Source of the DNA: Octopus bimaculoides | Taxonomy: Eukaryota | NCBI RefSeq assembly: GCF_001194135.2 | Contig: NC_068986.1 | Location: 31,317,406 to 31,354,053 of the forward strand | Length of the DNA stretch: 36,648 bases | Direction: 5' to 3' | Part shown: positions 34,201 to 36,648 of the stretch, piece after piece | Layout: each line of letters opens with the position of its first letter | How positions within the stretch are numbered: the first letter of the stretch is position 1 | The notes under the pieces: generated by a model | Told to the model about the DNA's origin: nothing | The model's database searches: none | The model's input: the letters and a program-made list of their open reading frames with translations, nothing else | Translations under genes and position numbers: made by a program

Positions 34201-34879
34201 GTATCTATTGTAGAAAAAATTACTATTATTATTATAATTCAGTAGTCTTACTTTTATTGCATAGTTCTTTCTCTGCTCTGCTAAGCTCAGTTCTGTATGC
34301 CTTAGATATGTACAGTTTTTTTGTTTGTTTTGGTTTTGTTGTTTCTACTGTATTGAAAGTACTCTATGCAATTTATGTGTAATACCTGTTGGTGCTATTT
34401 TTCATATGTTACCCATATTCCTAAGCCTTGTGGTTTTGGTTATGTATTTGTCTTTGTTCCCAAAGTAACAATTATTATTGAGATTGTTTCTGCTTTCATC
34501 ACCCTCTACACGCATCCAAGTTATATCTATTTCTAGATCTTTATATTAGGATAATTTCTCTATCTCTATGAAAAACACATTATCATATATTAGGATTGGT
34601 ACTTCAATTAGGAGGTGCATTCTTTCCTGGTTATTCTTACAGCAATTATTAATGTTATTTACTTTTTTAATCTCAAAATGCTTTTATCATAATCACAATT
34701 ACAGTTTTGAAATATATCCTTCATATTTAAGAGGAAGGAGAATAGAAATGGAGTGGTTTAAAAAAACTGTATCTCATTATAGGTTTTCTCTAACAGATGA
34801 ACCAATGATGGAGTTTCAATGAAGTTACTTGATCTGCTAGAAATAACAGTTGAATCACTCAAATATCATAGACACAGGC

Positions 34880-34941
34880 ATGGCTGAAATGCTACTAAGC
34901 ATTTAGTCTGGAAAACTAGCAATTCTGCCAGCTCACCAGCC

Positions 34942-35005
<64 letters not shown>

Positions 35006-35250
35006 TAATAATAATCCTTTCGACTATAGGTACAAGGCCTGAATTTTTTTGCAGTGGGGGATGAGGTAGGTGGGGAGGGGATAGTCGATTACACCAACCT
35101 CCATATTCAACTGGTACTTATTTTATTAACCCCAAAAGGATGAAAAGCAAAGTTGACCTCGGCTGAATTTGAACTCAGAACATGAAAACAGATGAAATAC
35201 CAGTAAGCATTTTGCCTGGCGTGCTAATGATTCTGCCAGCTAGCCACGGT

Positions 35251-35304
<54 letters not shown>

Positions 35305-35531
35305 AACAACAATAATCCTTTCTACTGGAGGCACAAGGCCTCAAATTTGTGGGGAGGGGACTAGTCAATTTACACTGACCCCAGTGTTTCACTGGTACTT
35401 AATTTATTGACCCCGAAAGGATGAAAGGTAATGTTAACTGTGGTGAAATTTGAACTCAGAACATGAAAACAGATGAAATACCAGTAAGCGTTTCACTCGG
35501 TGTGCTAATGATTCTGCCAGCTAGCCATGTT

Positions 35532-35630
<99 letters not shown>

Positions 35631-35690
35631 GTGAAAGCACGTTATAAAAATAAAACTACTGAACAATAATAATAATAATAATAATAATCA
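34880..35690 (-). mobile_element. Array of SINE D copies separated by (AAT)n: head remnant 34890-34943, full copies 35013-35250 and 35311-35532
   Basis: Each copy has the reverse-complement D head (GAACTCAGAAC...TTCTGCCAGCT) and is flanked by (AAT)n. Confidence 0.9.
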
Positions 35691-35944
35691 GCACTATGTC
35701 ACAGAAAGTGATCTTGAGCAAGATGTTCTGAAGTAGACCATCCTAAGTTACACTTTTTCAAGATTGTCTTGAGAATGTCTTTATATCTCCTCTTTGATCT
35801 ACCATGTGAACAAAAACCAACTGCTAGTTTGCCAAAGAAAATCTATTTAGGGAATCTGGGGTTGGGCATTGCCCGATACATGTCCACCTAACTCCAGGAA
35901 AACATATGTTTGACATGTTATCTCTCTCTTTCTATATATATAGC

Positions 35945-36110
35945 AAATAAGTAACAAGGATGTCAAGGTATTAGTGCATTACAGCCGTTTCAGGCGGCTC
36001 CATTTAATAAAAAAATGCAAGCCTTACATCAATTTGAAATACAGCGCCATCTTCAGTTACTATTTGCTTTGAGCCTTGTGGATAATACCAGACTGGTGTT
36101 GTACATCAAT
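35945..36110 (-). mobile_element. Possible Penelope-like terminal remnant
   Basis: Reverse complement GCCTGAAACGGCTGTAATGC resembles the ..CGAAACAGCTGT terminal motif; recalled from memory. Confidence 0.3.
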
Positions 36111-36386
36111 TTAAGTACCTTATTCAACTGAGTCTTAATTATTTCTTATATATAATAGATCAGGATTCAAGGGTATCAGGCACTTAAATGGTAAGGTATC
36201 AGATCAGGTCGAAAGGCAAAATGTGTACACAACAAAGATAGAGGAATACATATGTGGGTACCAAAATACAGGGCAGAAAGATTTTCAGGTTATGTCTATG
36301 ATTAACTGAACCCAACTGAGTATTTTAATAGTCCTGAAGCTAATCAAGAAATGCTTTTTGTACTAAATGTACGGTCCATAACATAC

Positions 36387-36411
36387 TTTGGTTCTACTCA
36401 AGGAGCAGGTT
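36387..36411 (-). CDS. Candidate 25-bp micro-exon (TCSLSRTK, phase 2 to 0)
   Basis: Acceptor TTATTTATTTGTTATTCACCCTACTCAG and donor AAA|GTATGT; ends in phase 0, compatible with the exon at 32279. Confidence 0.2.
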
Positions 36412-36465
36412 CTGAGTAGGGTGAATAACAAATAAATAATAACAGATTGACAGTGTCTCTTTTAC

Positions 36466-36648
36466 TCTCTTACAATTTTATTTGTTTCAGTCATTTGACT
36501 GTGGCCATGCTGGAGCACCGCCTTTAGTCGAGAAAATCGACCCCAGGACTTATTCTTTGTAAGCCTAGTACTTATTCTATCGGTCTCTTTTTTGCCGAAC
36601 CGCTAAGTTACGGGGACGTAAACACACCAGCATCGGTTGTCAAGTGAT
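36466..36648 (-). mobile_element. SINE module C, well preserved, runs off the window end
   Basis: Reverse complement of the C consensus; retains CpGs. Confidence 0.92.

Noticed and set aside
18-35669. Most ORFs in the supplied track (YIYI, HTHT, CVCV, poly-X, poly-N/D/M)
   Set aside because: They are translations of microsatellites or N gaps, with no domain content.
1-36648. CRISPR arrays, rRNA, prokaryotic operons or defence systems
   Set aside because: No repeat-spacer periodicity or prokaryotic gene density; the window is eukaryotic repeat-rich DNA.

Overview
AT-rich, repeat-saturated eukaryotic DNA from a gapped draft assembly, with many N runs that mostly fall inside microsatellites. 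The repeat repertoire (tRNA-headed SINEs with a CORE-like ACCTTGGGCAAG motif, dense di-, tri- and tetranucleotide tracts) resembles an octopus or other cephalopod genome; this is my inference and was not checked against a database. No complete gene is visible, and nearly all ORFs in the supplied track are microsatellite or N translations. Three decayed transposon coding remnants are well supported: (1) the 3' part of an RLE-type non-LTR retrotransposon (CCHC knuckle plus PD-(D/E)xK endonuclease, minus strand, about 19810-20812); (2) a Helitron helicase C-terminus (14924-15219); (3) an internally deleted hAT element with TIRs, a perfect 8-bp TSD and a dimerization-domain remnant (25105-25514). 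There are also a Tc1/mariner-type MITE, TTAA-flanked piggyBac-type MITEs and more than 25 SINE-like copies, which I label locally A-F. The most interesting pattern is a modular SINE: one tRNA/CORE head, an internal microsatellite spacer and two alternative 3' modules. A few short candidate host exons exist (best: minus strand 32215-32279, running into a gap), but they are unproven. I find no firm evidence for a new biological system beyond this repeat architecture.
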